A stretch of DNA of 64,000 bases, from contig CAWKCK010000002.1 in assembly GCA_963848135.1 (NCBI GenBank), forward strand, positions 248,001 to 312,000, given 5' to 3'. The stretch is from an uncultured delta proteobacterium (GTDB taxonomy: Bacteria > Desulfobacterota > Desulfobacteria > Desulfobacterales > SG8-13). A model generated the notes under the pieces. The model made no database searches and had not been told where the DNA came from. It saw only the letters and a list, made by a program, of their open reading frames with translations. Shown here piece after piece: positions 10,261-20,165 of this stretch (within the stretch, counting starts at the first letter, position 1; every line of letters begins with the position of its first letter). A program made the translations under genes and the position numbers.

Positions 10261-10491
10261 ATGACCACCACTATCGACACCATTGAAGTGCACGCCAATG
10301 TCATCATGACGACCGAATCGTTGAAGGCCATTGTGGAAAACACCAAAAGACTCGCCCGGAAGAATGAAAAAGGTCATTACACAGTGGATACAGCAGATGC
10401 GGTAAGTGGCATGGTTTCGCGTTTTCTGCTTGAAATGGATTTCGAATCGTTTACTAAAGATGAAAAAAATTATGCGCCCAGCGCGGGTTGA
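10261..10491 (+). CDS. Small hypothetical protein
   Basis: Purine-rich RBS and natural composition; fills the gap convergent with tyrA. Confidence 0.7.
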   Translation: MTTTIDTIEVHANVIMTTESLKAIVENTKRLARKNEKGHYTVDTADAVSGMVSRFLLEMDFESFTKDEKNYAPSAG

Positions 10492-10512
10492 TTGCCCCAT
10501 AGAGGGCAACCA

Positions 10513-11238
10513 TCAAGTCTCCAATTCAGTTTCAATATTCTGAATCGCCCGGATAAAGGTCTGCCGAACTTTTTTGGCATAGGGGTTGTACCTGTGCATG
10601 TCGACAAACAACTGCCAGGTATCATGTTCCACAACGTCCAGAATGTGTAAAAGCCGCTTGTAGCCTTCCGTGTCGATTTCCAATTGGCCGGCCTCAACAG
10701 CAGAAAGCGATCGGCCGATGAAATGGGTCAACGCCAGACTGACTGCGATCTGTTTGTCGTGGTCTTCGGGCGTCGTTTCAACAACTTTTAACCCGGCTCG
10801 CGTGAGGTATTCGACCGTTTTGGAGTAAAGCGAATCGCTCATGCGTACGCGACAGAGCGCAATTTTCATACCGGCAACCCCGCTGGCGGCACTGTCCGGG
10901 CCGAACATGGGGTGCGTACCCAATATGTCAACACCACCCGGCAACTCGGTCTTCATCCATTGGACCGGGTAGACTTTGACAGAACAGACATCGATAACCA
11001 AAGCACCCGGCCTGATCAATGGTGATATCGCTTTCAGCATTGCTTTAAATGATGATATCGGTACGCACGGGATAACAATCCGTTGATGACAAACCTCTTC
11101 CAGGGAACCAGCGCGAACGTTCACAGGCAGGTCGTCACTGTCGATATTCCTTCTACCGCAAACGATAACAGTGTATTCTTTCGCAAGATAGCGTGCCGCC
11201 AGTTGGCCGAAACGGCCGTATCCGATAATTCCGATCAT
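10513..11238 (-). CDS. tyrA: Prephenate/arogenate dehydrogenase
   Basis: GIIGYGRFG, DVCSVK, THPMFGP and EDHDK; last gene of the aro operon. Confidence 0.9.
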   Translation of the reverse strand: MIGIIGYGRFGQLAARYLAKEYTVIVCGRRNIDSDDLPVNVRAGSLEEVCHQRIVIPCVPISSFKAMLKAISPLIRPGALVIDVCSVKVYPVQWMKTELPGGVDILGTHPMFGPDSAASGVAGMKIALCRVRMSDSLYSKTVEYLTRAGLKVVETTPEDHDKQIAVSLALTHFIGRSLSAVEAGQLEIDTEGYKRLLHILDVVEHDTWQLFVDMHRYNPYAKKVRQTFIRAIQNIETELET

Positions 11239-11263
11239 AATTGATTCTTCCTGCTTCTATAAC

Positions 11264-12355
11264 CTATAAGCGCGATTGGCCTCGGGCCTTCTGACGCAGG
11301 GCAAAATCCGCCAGAACCAGTGCCGACATCGTTTCGACGATTGGTACTGCCCGCGGGACCACGCAGGGATCGTGTCTTCCTTTGGCTTCCAGAACGACGT
11401 CTTCACCATCAAAATCGGTGGTTTGTTGGATTTTTCCGATCGTTGCCGCTGGTTTGAAGCCCACTCGAAAAACGATCGGTTCGCCGTTGGAAATTCCGCC
11501 CTGTATACCACCAGAATAATTAGTGAGTGTCCCCAATCGACGGCCTTTCATAACAAACGGGTCGTTATGTTCCGACCCGCGCATGCGGGTACCCGAAAAA
11601 CCGGACCCGACCTCAAAACCTTTGGTGGCGGGAATGGAAAGCATGGCCTGGGCCAGTTTGGCTTCCAGTTTTTCGAATACGGGCTCTCCCCAACCCGCCG
11701 GGACCCCCCTGCAGACACAGGTAACAACGCCACCGATCGAGTCTTTATCGGCTTTCGCCGTCTCGATTGCGGCCTGCATTTGGGCTGCAGCGGATGGGTG
11801 GGGGCACCGAACCATGTGTTGATCCACTTCTGCACGGGTTATCTTATCGATGTCAATATCGGGGGCCTGGACATTCCCGACAGAACTGATCCAGGCGACG
11901 ATCTCAACCCTGTATGATTCTAAGAGAAATTTTTCCGCCATCGCCCCCGCAGCGACCCGCCCAATGGTTTCTCGGGCACTCGATCGACCGCCGCCGCTGG
12001 AAGCCCGGATACCGTACTTTGCCTGATAGGTATAATCCGCATGGGAGGGACGCGGAACGGATTGCATTTTTTTGTAATCACCGGGTATCTGGTCTTTATT
12101 GGCGACAAATACGGCAATCGGCGTACCGAGGGTCATTCCGTTTTCGACACCCGAGAGAATCGATACCCTGTCGGCTTCGGAGCGATCTGTGGTCAGACGG
12201 CTCTGCCCCGGGCGCCGTCGATCAAGCTGGGGCTGAATGTCGGCTTCAGACAGATGAATCTGCGAAGGGTAACCGTCCACTATTGCGCCAACCCCCTTGC
12301 CATGGGATTCTCCATAGGTCGTAACCCTGTAAAGTGTTCCAAAAGTACTGGACAT
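11264..12355 (-). CDS. aroC: Chorismate synthase
   Basis: [25 protein letters not shown] and GRHDPC signatures. Confidence 0.98.
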   Translation of the reverse strand: MSSTFGTLYRVTTYGESHGKGVGAIVDGYPSQIHLSEADIQPQLDRRRPGQSRLTTDRSEADRVSILSGVENGMTLGTPIAVFVANKDQIPGDYKKMQSVPRPSHADYTYQAKYGIRASSGGGRSSARETIGRVAAGAMAEKFLLESYRVEIVAWISSVGNVQAPDIDIDKITRAEVDQHMVRCPHPSAAAQMQAAIETAKADKDSIGGVVTCVCRGVPAGWGEPVFEKLEAKLAQAMLSIPATKGFEVGSGFSGTRMRGSEHNDPFVMKGRRLGTLTNYSGGIQGGISNGEPIVFRVGFKPAATIGKIQQTTDFDGEDVVLEAKGRHDPCVVPRAVPIVETMSALVLADFALRQKARGQSRL

Positions 12356-12416
12356 AAGATGCCTCCAGACGGTTGAGTCCGTTAGGTCCTTTGACCGGTT
12401 GGGCCGGTTTGTCTGC

Positions 12417-12947
12417 TCATCGAGTTTCGAATTTGTTGGCAGTCAATTCTATAATCTTGCCGACGACCTGCTTAATGTTCAATTCATCGGTGTCTATGAA
12501 ATGCTGAGCCGCACGTGTGTAGAGAGGATTCCTTTCGATAAGGATCTCGCCGATCTCCGTAAGGATTCCCTGCCCTGTCAACGAGGGACGGTTGGTGGCG
12601 GTATCGCGATCGGCCTGCATGCGTCTTCGGATCGTTTCCTGCGAAGCCTTCAGCCAGATGACCGTGCCACTGGAACGCATGGACGACAGGTTTTCGGGAA
12701 CAGTGACAACGCCGCCACCCGTCGCAATGACCTGCCCGTCAAATCGGGACAGCTGTAAAATCACTTCCTTTTCTTTCTTCCTAAACAGTTTCCACCCCCG
12801 ACGGGCGACAAATTCGGCGATATCCATGCCAGTATCAGCGGATATCATCTGGTCAGTATCCACAAATTGCAAGCCCAGTTTGGTGGCCAATATCTTACCA
12901 ACGGTTGTCTTGCCCGTGCAGCGGTATCCGACAAGAAAGATGTTCAT
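12417..12947 (-). CDS. aroK: Shikimate kinase
   Basis: [10 protein letters not shown]-loop, DTD, FRKKE, ATGGG and RPSL. Confidence 0.93.
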   Translation of the reverse strand: MNIFLVGYRCTGKTTVGKILATKLGLQFVDTDQMISADTGMDIAEFVARRGWKLFRKKEKEVILQLSRFDGQVIATGGGVVTVPENLSSMRSSGTVIWLKASQETIRRRMQADRDTATNRPSLTGQGILTEIGEILIERNPLYTRAAQHFIDTDELNIKQVVGKIIELTANKFETR

Positions 12948-13010
12948 AACGGATTGAATTCCTGCCCAACCAAGTGCTGTCATCCAATGACTTACAGCAA
13001 AGATGGGGCT

Positions 13011-14285
13011 TTACCGATGACTATTACCAACATACAGACTGTTAAAAACCGCCCAGAAATTTGGGAAAGATTTTCGGACGCAAGTTTCGTCTTTTATTTT
13101 TACACCGGAGACTTTGAGTCCGGCGACAGCAAAACTCATGGCGATGCGGTGGTCGTCATACGTATCAATCGTCGCGCCATTCGGACGACCACCCTCGATC
13201 CGTAATTCATCCAAGCGACAGTCGACGGCAACGCCCATCTTTGACAACTCCGTTGCTACGGCGCTCAAGCGGTCGCTTTCTTTTGCCCTGAGGTGAGCGA
13301 CATTTTTAATGACGGTTTTCCCTCGCGCGAAGGCAGCCACTACGGCCAATGTGGGGACCATATCGGGCATATCGGCCATGTCGACGGTTATAGCCTTCAA
13401 GTCGCCTCCGACCACCCTGACGCCGTCACTGTCCTGGCGCACGCGGCAACCCATTTTCTTCAGGCACCCGGTTAGGCGAACATCGCCCTGACGTGACATC
13501 AGCGAGGTGCCGGTGACTTTTATATCGGCACCGGTTATTGCGGCAGCCGCCCAAAAATACCCTGCCTGGGAACAGTCCGACTCCACCCGATAGGTACCGC
13601 TCCTGTATTGCTGCCCATTGGGAACAGTAAACTGTTCATAACCCCGTCGGTCAACAACGAGACCGTATTGGTCCATAACATCAAGGGTCATATCCACATA
13701 GGGTTTTGAAACCAGGCCATTGGCGACGACAATTGTAACTGTTTGGGTGGCATATGGGGCGATCAAGAGCAAAGCGGACAGAAATTGACTGCTGATGCGA
13801 CAATCAAGGGCGACTTTTCCTCCCTTGAGATTGCCACCGATGACTTCGACCGGCGGACACCCATCGTCGTTTAGCGACCGGGCCGTCACGCCCATTTGAT
13901 TCAAGCCGTCAAGAAGATTTTGAATCGGTCTTTCCCGCATGCGTCGGGTGCCGGTCAAGGTAACGCCCCCCCTGCCAAGCGCCGCCACCGCGGTCAGTAA
14001 TCGCATTGAGGTGCCCGAGTTACCAAGGTCAAGCGGAATTTCAGATCCCTTCAGTCGACCGCCGCTCCCGTGAACCAATAGCCCGTTGTGTATCTTGCTG
14101 ATGGTGATGCCCATATGGGTGAGGCACTTTCGGGTAATTATCGTATCTTCACTGATCAGCGGATTGTCGACGGTGCAGCGGCCGTTCGAAAGGGCGGCCG
14201 CAATAAGCATCCGATGGGTGTAACTCTTAGATCCAGGCACGGAAACAGTTGTCTTTTTAACGATTCCCGGTTTGATGGCAATCAT
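13011..14285 (-). CDS. aroA: 3-phosphoshikimate 1-carboxyvinyltransferase
   Basis: PGSKS, GNSGTSMR, SSQF, KESDR, DDHRIAM and KSFP. Confidence 0.98.
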   Translation of the reverse strand: MIAIKPGIVKKTTVSVPGSKSYTHRMLIAAALSNGRCTVDNPLISEDTIITRKCLTHMGITISKIHNGLLVHGSGGRLKGSEIPLDLGNSGTSMRLLTAVAALGRGGVTLTGTRRMRERPIQNLLDGLNQMGVTARSLNDDGCPPVEVIGGNLKGGKVALDCRISSQFLSALLLIAPYATQTVTIVVANGLVSKPYVDMTLDVMDQYGLVVDRRGYEQFTVPNGQQYRSGTYRVESDCSQAGYFWAAAAITGADIKVTGTSLMSRQGDVRLTGCLKKMGCRVRQDSDGVRVVGGDLKAITVDMADMPDMVPTLAVVAAFARGKTVIKNVAHLRAKESDRLSAVATELSKMGVAVDCRLDELRIEGGRPNGATIDTYDDHRIAMSFAVAGLKVSGVKIKDETCVRKSFPNFWAVFNSLYVGNSHR

Positions 14286-14447
14286 ATGAAAATATTTCCG
14301 ATAGAGTTTAACAGGTTCGGTATAACGTCGTTGTACCCGGCACGGGTATAGCTCATACTAAGCAAAACGCAAACCAATCAACGTACGGTTATTGAATCTA
14401 AAGAAAATTACCTTTTACATTACATGCGAAAATCGAAGGTAACCTCA

Positions 14448-15566
14448 CTACACTCTTTTCAACGACTTCTCCACGGCTGTCGTCATCACATCCAGCGGCG
14501 CTTTTTCCCCGGTCCAAAGTTTGAATTGAAAAGCGCCCTGCTTAACAAACATCGACAGACCACCAATGGTCTTGCAACCGGACTTTTCGGCTTCCCGCAC
14601 CAAACGGGTTTTCAAAGGGTTGTAGATGATATCCATAACCGTCAACTCGGGTGTTAACAGCTCGGCATCCAGCGGCATTTGCTCGGCATGGGGAAACATG
14701 CCGACCGGCGTCGTGTTGATGAGAATCTGTCCCTCAATCCTGCGGCACGCGGACAGCGGCTCGAATTCTGCCCCGAGGTCATCCGCCAAGGCTTTACCTT
14801 TATCGGCGGATCGGTTCAATATGACGACCTTTCCCCCAGCCTGGTGGATACCGAAACCAATCGCCCGGGCAGCGCCGCCGGCACCGATAATCACAACCGT
14901 TCGGCCCTGCACAGCGGTTTCTTCGGTCAGCGCCCTCACAGCACCGAGACAATCTGAATTGTAGCCGATCAGTCGACCGTTACGGTTGACGATCGTGTTG
15001 ACAGCACCAATTCTCCCGGCCTCGGCGTCCACTTCGTCTAAATGGGCCATTACCGATACCTTGTGCGGAATGGTTACGCTTACCCCTTTGATGTCGAGTG
15101 CCCTTATACCTGTCACTGCGTCACGAATGTTTGTCACGCGAAAGGGGACATAGACACCGTTGTGACCAATATGCGTGAAGGCCCGATTGTGCATGACGGG
15201 GCTCAGGCTGTGAGATACGGGATCGCCGATGACAGCGTAGACGGCGGTCGATCCAGGCCCGAGGAATTCATTCAATTGCGGGTCCTGGATTTCGCGCGAC
15301 ACGGTAATGATTTCCCTGAATATGTGGTACAAATTTTCTTTACTCAGCGGTCCCCTGTTTAGCGCATTCAAGCGCTGGATCAGACTGATCTCTCGCTCCG
15401 GATCGACGACCTGTGCCCCTTTTTGTGATTTGACCTGTCCGATTTGCCTTGCGATAAACAAACGCCGATTGATCAATCCGAGTATCTGGTTATCGATTGA
15501 ATCAATCGAATCTCGCAATTCCAATATTTTACTGTCTGCTACGCGGTTCGGCATCGGTATCACCAT
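14448..15566 (-). CDS. aroE: Chorismate mutase (AroQ) fused to shikimate dehydrogenase
   Basis: N-terminal LRDSIDSID..I..LIN.R...A..IG..K...V.DPERE (AroQ), then GDPVSHSLSP, SVTIPHK, GAVNT, GYNSD and GAGGAA (AroE). Confidence 0.92.
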   Translation of the reverse strand: MVIPMPNRVADSKILELRDSIDSIDNQILGLINRRLFIARQIGQVKSQKGAQVVDPEREISLIQRLNALNRGPLSKENLYHIFREIITVSREIQDPQLNEFLGPGSTAVYAVIGDPVSHSLSPVMHNRAFTHIGHNGVYVPFRVTNIRDAVTGIRALDIKGVSVTIPHKVSVMAHLDEVDAEAGRIGAVNTIVNRNGRLIGYNSDCLGAVRALTEETAVQGRTVVIIGAGGAARAIGFGIHQAGGKVVILNRSADKGKALADDLGAEFEPLSACRRIEGQILINTTPVGMFPHAEQMPLDAELLTPELTVMDIIYNPLKTRLVREAEKSGCKTIGGLSMFVKQGAFQFKLWTGEKAPLDVMTTAVEKSLKRV

Positions 15567-15593
15567 TTAAAATTTGAAACGCTCACTTTAGGT
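15563..15593. repeat. Short dispersed repeat ATTTAAAATTTGAAACGCTCACTTTAG (also at 8470-8496, 19557-19583 and, reversed, 20973-20999)
   Basis: Three identical 27-bp copies and one with 2 mismatches, compared directly. Confidence 0.9.
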
Positions 15594-15599
15594 ATGAAT

Positions 15600-15636
15600 A
15601 AAAAAAGCCGTGGGATCATGATGTCTACCCACGGCT
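15600..15636 (-). terminator. Rho-independent attenuator terminator upstream of the aro operon
   Basis: Minus strand: AGCCGTGGG-loop-CCCACGGCT running into a 7-T tract, ending about 35 nt before the first start codon. Confidence 0.85.
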
Positions 15637-15660
15637 CATAGCGCTTCCTATATGCAATAT

Positions 15661-15744
15661 TTACAGTCGTCGCGCCTCGGGCAGATCGGCATCAACCATA
15701 TGCCAATAATAAAAGTAATCGCCGCCCGAGGTGTGTTGTACCAT
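15661..15744 (-). CDS. Aromatic amino-acid attenuation leader peptide MVQHTSGGDYFYYWHMVDADLPEARRL (27 aa)
   Basis: AAGGA RBS, consecutive TAC TTT TAT TAT TGG codons, mutually exclusive hairpins and a downstream terminator; TTGACA at 15809-15804. Confidence 0.82.
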   Translation of the reverse strand: MVQHTSGGDYFYYWHMVDADLPEARRL

Positions 15745-15816
15745 GTCCTTCACGATTAGTAAGGTATTAAAATTGCTCGGATCTAATCTCATTTTGGCGG
15801 CTCTGTCAAGAAGTTT

Positions 15817-16827
15817 TTAGCAGATTTTACCCCGGTAGCGCCTGTAGCGGCGCACGTGCGGTCGATTCCTGCGCGCCGTTTGCGATGGATTGTAATGTGG
15901 GGTCTGTTCGCCCGTGATAGGGAGGTCCAGCCTTGCCAACACGGCACGAATATCATTCCTGTAAGGCAGATATTTGCGGTCTTCGAACAGGTAGCGCAGC
16001 GCTCCTTTGGTCAGGACGAAGAGCAAGAAGAAAAAAACAATAGGAAAGACGATGCTGTCAAAGAGATACCCGGCAATCAGTTGTAGCGTCCAGATAGCGA
16101 TATTGCGTGATTTATCCTTGAAGAACTCTGCCTGATCTCTGAGGTATTCTTTGATTTCGGAAATTTTCCCTTTGAGAATCAGGCCGGCGATCCGGCTGTC
16201 TTCTTTCCCCGTCTCATTTGGAAACAGTCGCCGGTTGATGTTCTCAACCGCAAACTCTTCTTTGATGCTTTCAAAACTTCTTTGAGACTCCTCGATCAAA
16301 GGACCGGTGATCCGCACTGAAATAAAGGCAGCGCCGGCGATAGATAGCGGAAACACAATATATAGAACCACTGTACAGACGGTTAGAAAAAAAGTCGCAT
16401 CTTTTGTTAAGCGCTTCAAGCGCCTGGCACGTGGAAAAATCCATCTGACGACAACGACCGCTAACCCGCAGCCGAAAGCCAAAGCCAAGCTCCAGTGGTC
16501 GATGAGGTCTACGGTCTGCAATAGCAGACGTGTGACCAAGATAACGGTTCCACCGGCCAGTGCTGTTTTCCAGGCAATATCGACATAATCATATACGGAT
16601 TGGACGATATCACCAATCTCGAGGTTGAACCCGATACCGACCTCCGAGCCTTCGATGACGGCCAGGCCGGTTTTAATTCCCGACAACAGCAGAAAACCGT
16701 TAATGGCCTTGTCCATGGACTGATCGAGGTAGTTCCGATTGACATTCGCAACTCGATCCATTCCGAGCCACTGTATCGCTCTATCGGCGTCACCACCGGC
16801 AGCGGCGACAATTGCCAGGATCAACAC
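15817..16827 (-). CDS. Hypothetical membrane protein
   Basis: Long ORF with several transmembrane segments; no recognisable motif. Start uncertain. Confidence 0.7.
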   Translation of the reverse strand: MLILAIVAAAGGDADRAIQWLGMDRVANVNRNYLDQSMDKAINGFLLLSGIKTGLAVIEGSEVGIGFNLEIGDIVQSVYDYVDIAWKTALAGGTVILVTRLLLQTVDLIDHWSLALAFGCGLAVVVVRWIFPRARRLKRLTKDATFFLTVCTVVLYIVFPLSIAGAAFISVRITGPLIEESQRSFESIKEEFAVENINRRLFPNETGKEDSRIAGLILKGKISEIKEYLRDQAEFFKDKSRNIAIWTLQLIAGYLFDSIVFPIVFFFLLFVLTKGALRYLFEDRKYLPYRNDIRAVLARLDLPITGEQTPHYNPSQTARRNRPHVRRYRRYRGKIC

Positions 16828-16933
16828 GATAGATTATTGCGGCGTTGAGGGTGTGCCGCATATTACTCGAAGCCTCTTAGTGAGAAGTAAATCTCTGCTG
16901 TGGTATTTTTCAAATATTGCTGATGTGGTCGGT

Positions 16934-17554
16934 TCATATGGGGGCTCGACCCTGCGGAACATCGGTTGCCTCATCTTCTTCTCCAACCATCAGCACGACC
17001 CCGTCTCCAGGATACATTCTACGCTTGTCCGTGGGGGTGGGCCGTTGTACCGTTGGCCAGAACGCCGAGCGGGGTTCTGGTCCCTCCTGAGCGGCCGGGG
17101 GTGCGGATCTGTCCAGCATGCGCGGATTTTTGCGCAGATCAATGCCAGGCACCGGAGCACTGAACTCGATGGCAATGTTATTGGGATCAAAGGTATAGAG
17201 AGAATGGATGAAACCGTGGTTGACGACTTCCGACACCCAGATTCCAGCAACCTCAAGCTTGTCCTTTAACTCCCAGAGGTCATCATCGCTTTCAACCTCG
17301 AAGGAGACGTGATCAAAAACCGCCGCGCCTTTGATTGGGGCCCCATGATCCTTCTCTGGGCCTTTTCGAACATCCGGCCATTCAAAGAAGGCAATCATGT
17401 CATTAGCGGTGATCTCGAAAAAGTAATGTCGATAACCGGTTCTTCCCAATCCGGCAACCAGTCGCATGCCGAGTAGATCCCGCCAAAAGCGAATAGTTGC
17501 CTCCATATCACCGGTTACCATTGCCAGGTGGTTGACCCCCGAATATGTCGCCAT
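16934..17554 (-). CDS. VOC/glyoxalase family protein
   Basis: NHLA...FWRDLLG, DHVSF and SLYTFDPNNIAIEF metal-ligand pattern. Confidence 0.88.
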   Translation of the reverse strand: MATYSGVNHLAMVTGDMEATIRFWRDLLGMRLVAGLGRTGYRHYFFEITANDMIAFFEWPDVRKGPEKDHGAPIKGAAVFDHVSFEVESDDDLWELKDKLEVAGIWVSEVVNHGFIHSLYTFDPNNIAIEFSAPVPGIDLRKNPRMLDRSAPPAAQEGPEPRSAFWPTVQRPTPTDKRRMYPGDGVVLMVGEEDEATDVPQGRAPI

Positions 17555-17601
17555 ATCACTATCGTCCCGATTCCGTGTTATCCGTTCTGGATTGTCACCA
17601 A

Positions 17602-17937
17602 CTATTGGCTTCGAATCATGATAAGCAGCATTTTAAATTGTTCGGAAGCTTGCAGGGCATGCGGCACGTTGGCCGGCATGATCACCATCTGACCGGCACT
17701 TGCGGTTCTTGGCTCACCGCCAATGGTGATCTCCGCTTGTCCGTCCAAAATGTGGACCACTGCATCGAAAGGCGCTGTGTGCTCGCTGAGGCCTTGACCT
17801 TTATCGAATGAAAAGAGGGTAATATTGCCACTATCTTTTTTAAGTAGTGTTTTGCTGACCACCGATCCGATGCCGTAGGTAACTTCATCAGCAAGATTGA
17901 AAGGTTCACCCTTCCCTATTTTAGTCGTATTTTCCAA
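17602..17937 (-). CDS. Cupin domain protein
   Basis: LSEHTAP...ILDG and MPANVPHAL. Confidence 0.88.
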   Translation of the reverse strand: MENTTKIGKGEPFNLADEVTYGIGSVVSKTLLKKDSGNITLFSFDKGQGLSEHTAPFDAVVHILDGQAEITIGGEPRTASAGQMVIMPANVPHALQASEQFKMLLIMIRSQ

Positions 17938-17966
17938 TTTTCCTCCTTGATTGTATTGTCTCTCGG

Positions 17967-19172
17967 TTAAATTGGTACGGCCGCTTTATATACGGTGGCG
18001 TCTCCGGTTATTCGGTATGCGTTAACCACCGCTGGAACGAGAACAGCGACACCTTTATCCAGAGCGGTGACTTCACCCGTATCAAGATCGGAGATCGTTC
18101 CGGCACCAGTCGTGCAAAGAAGAATTTCCACGCTACGATTTTCAGGGCTTAAATAACTTTTTTGCTGATTGACATGTATGACCGATAATTTGAATTCTCT
18201 GGCAGGACATTCATAAACCGATTCCCCGTTGGCGTCTCGCCTTAGCGCCAATACCTGCGGTGTGCGCTCCTCAAAATTAAGGACCGAAAGAAGTGCGTTT
18301 ACGTCGATATGCTTGGGAGTCAGGCCGCAACGGAGTACGTTGTCCGAGTTGGCCATCAGTTCGATCCCGACGCCATCCAGGTACGCATGCAGTTCAGCCG
18401 CCGGCAGATATAGCGCCTGTCCGGGTTGTAAAAGTACCAGATTTAGAAAAAGGGGCGAGAGGACCCCAATATCTTCCGGGTAAAATTTTGATAGGGCATC
18501 AATCCAACGATAGACATTTTTCTCTTTAGAGATTTCCCGGGCAACATTTGCCGCCTGTTTCGTTAAACGTCTTTTTTGGGCCGGAGGTAATGTCATCAGG
18601 GTTCGGAAAAAGGATTTCAACCCCTCTTTTCCCGGACGATCCCGTAAAATTTTTAACAAGGATTCCATCGCTTCGAGCCGCAAGCGACCGGCAAGCGTGA
18701 TAATTTCCGGGATACTTCGGAATCCATGGAGGGCCCAGAAAGGGGTCAGGGCACAGATACACTCGGGTTTGTGATTGGCATCTCTGTAATTTCGTTCAGG
18801 GGAATCCAGCGAGAGACCCAATTTGTCCTCGCGTTCGTAGCCATCCCGGGCCTGTGTTGCACTCGGATGGGCCTGGAGGGAGAGTGGTTTGGCCGCTGCC
18901 AACACTTTGAACAGGTAGGGAAGCTCATTTTGGAACCTTGCGGCCACTTTTTGTCCGAGAATGTCTATGGGATGCTTGTCGATCAACAGTTTTAAAGATT
19001 CCAAACGACCGTCCACCGACACCCGTGATGGGGCCTTCGGATGCGCCCCCATCCACAGTTCTGCTTGGGGTGTTACGGAATCTGATTGGGTGCCGAGCAA
19101 CTCTGGTATTGCCGTGTAAGATCCCCAAGCGTAAGGTTGAATCGTATTTTTCAATGTGCAGATTCGCAGCAT
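17967..19172 (-). CDS. manA: Mannose-6-phosphate isomerase, class I
   Basis: YAWGS, AELWMGAHP, PLSLQAHP, NHKPE, HAYL and MANSDNVLR. Confidence 0.96.
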   Translation of the reverse strand: MLRICTLKNTIQPYAWGSYTAIPELLGTQSDSVTPQAELWMGAHPKAPSRVSVDGRLESLKLLIDKHPIDILGQKVAARFQNELPYLFKVLAAAKPLSLQAHPSATQARDGYEREDKLGLSLDSPERNYRDANHKPECICALTPFWALHGFRSIPEIITLAGRLRLEAMESLLKILRDRPGKEGLKSFFRTLMTLPPAQKRRLTKQAANVAREISKEKNVYRWIDALSKFYPEDIGVLSPLFLNLVLLQPGQALYLPAAELHAYLDGVGIELMANSDNVLRCGLTPKHIDVNALLSVLNFEERTPQVLALRRDANGESVYECPAREFKLSVIHVNQQKSYLSPENRSVEILLCTTGAGTISDLDTGEVTALDKGVAVLVPAVVNAYRITGDATVYKAAVPI

Positions 19173-19214
19173 CGCATCGTCCTGTTGTCTGTCCCAACCA
19201 AGCTCATGATTAGA

Positions 19215-19417
19215 AGGCATCTCAAAAAAGTCTTTTCGCCCGATCTGCCAGAGGCGGATAAATCCCGGCGATGAGCCCTTGTCTCAAGTCCTCGACATCC
19301 TTGAGTATGCCTGCGGGTTAGACCCCCATACTGTTTTGGATCGGATGGGAAATCCCGCGCAGCGGGGATTCTCGGTCTCGCCTTGATCTCGACCGAAATT
19401 CCTAATTTTGAAATAAC
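19215..19417. repeat. Intergenic palindromic MITE-like element, about 200 bp
   Basis: Imperfect terminal inverted repeats (CATCTCAAAAA...TTTCG / CGAAATT...TTTTGAAAT) and internal hairpins such as AATCCCGCGCAGCGGGGATT. Confidence 0.45.
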
Positions 19418-19558
19418 TTGTACCTAATTTGAGCGATTATCGAGATTGCCGCAGGCACAAGGAAGATGTCATTCCGCTATAGTCAGCTATGTGGGATGGC
19501 ATATGACGCCGTAGATGCGGCAAGATCGGCAATCTCGAGGCGGTTTCAAATTTTAAAT
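19418..19558 (-). repeat. Palindromic dispersed repeat of about 140 bp, copy 1
   Basis: Shares GCCGCATCTACGGCGTCA...CTGCGGCAA...AATCGCTCAAATTAGG with copies at 19842-19981 and 21043-21192. Confidence 0.88.
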
Positions 19559-19734
19559 TTAAAATTTGAAACGCTCACTTTAGTTTCTAATAACCACCCT
19601 TAGCCGGATGTGCAATACGAAAATAAGATTGTATATGATAATCATTGGGTTTGGGTCATTCGATATTGTTTCAAGTTTCGAATTCAATGCCTCGAATTCT
19701 TGAGATTTAAGCCGTACCCTCTTACGGGGCGATT

Positions 19735-19769
19735 CCGGAAAGCCCCAACCTTTGGACGGGGCTTATTTA
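19735..19769 (+). mobile_element. Remnant resembling an IS200/IS605- or IS607-type right-end hairpin
   Basis: GGAAAGCCCC-AACCTTTGGAC-GGGGCTT-ATTTAC hairpin; no adjacent tnpB. Confidence 0.4.
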
Positions 19770-19841
19770 CACCCAAGTTGAGGGTTTCATATTTTCGAAA
19801 TATGAAAATCAACAATAAAATAAGGAATTCTACCCATCGGA

Positions 19842-19981
19842 ATTTCGAAAATATAAAACCCTCCAGGATTTCCAATTTCACCGCATCTACGGCGTCAAAT
19901 GACGTCCCGCATAGTACACTATAGCGGAACGACATTTTCCTTGTACCTGCGGCAAATTTGAAAATCGCTCAATTTGGGTTA
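19842..19981 (+). repeat. Palindromic dispersed repeat of about 140 bp, copy 2 (diverged)
   Basis: CCGCATCTACGGCGTCAAATGACGTCCCGCATAG...CTATAGCGGAACGACAT...CTGCGGCAA. Confidence 0.85.
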
Positions 19982-20165
19982 CACTTTGGTGACTTGAAGC
20001 CACTCCTTTCGTGCAAATTATTGTAAGGTGCTGAAAGTCTTGACTTTGTTTGACCACCGATGTATAATTGAACGGTTTAACCATCGAACAAATATCATTG
20101 AAAATTAAAGCCCTCCTACCGACGACCTGCTTTGTCGGTCGGCAATAGAAAATCGTAATCCGACT

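Noticed and set aside
11276..11917. Long + strand ORFs opposite aroC, and similar ones at 4467-5150, 24447-25058, 30720-31316 and 53062-53802
   Set aside because: Antisense shadows of well-supported genes.
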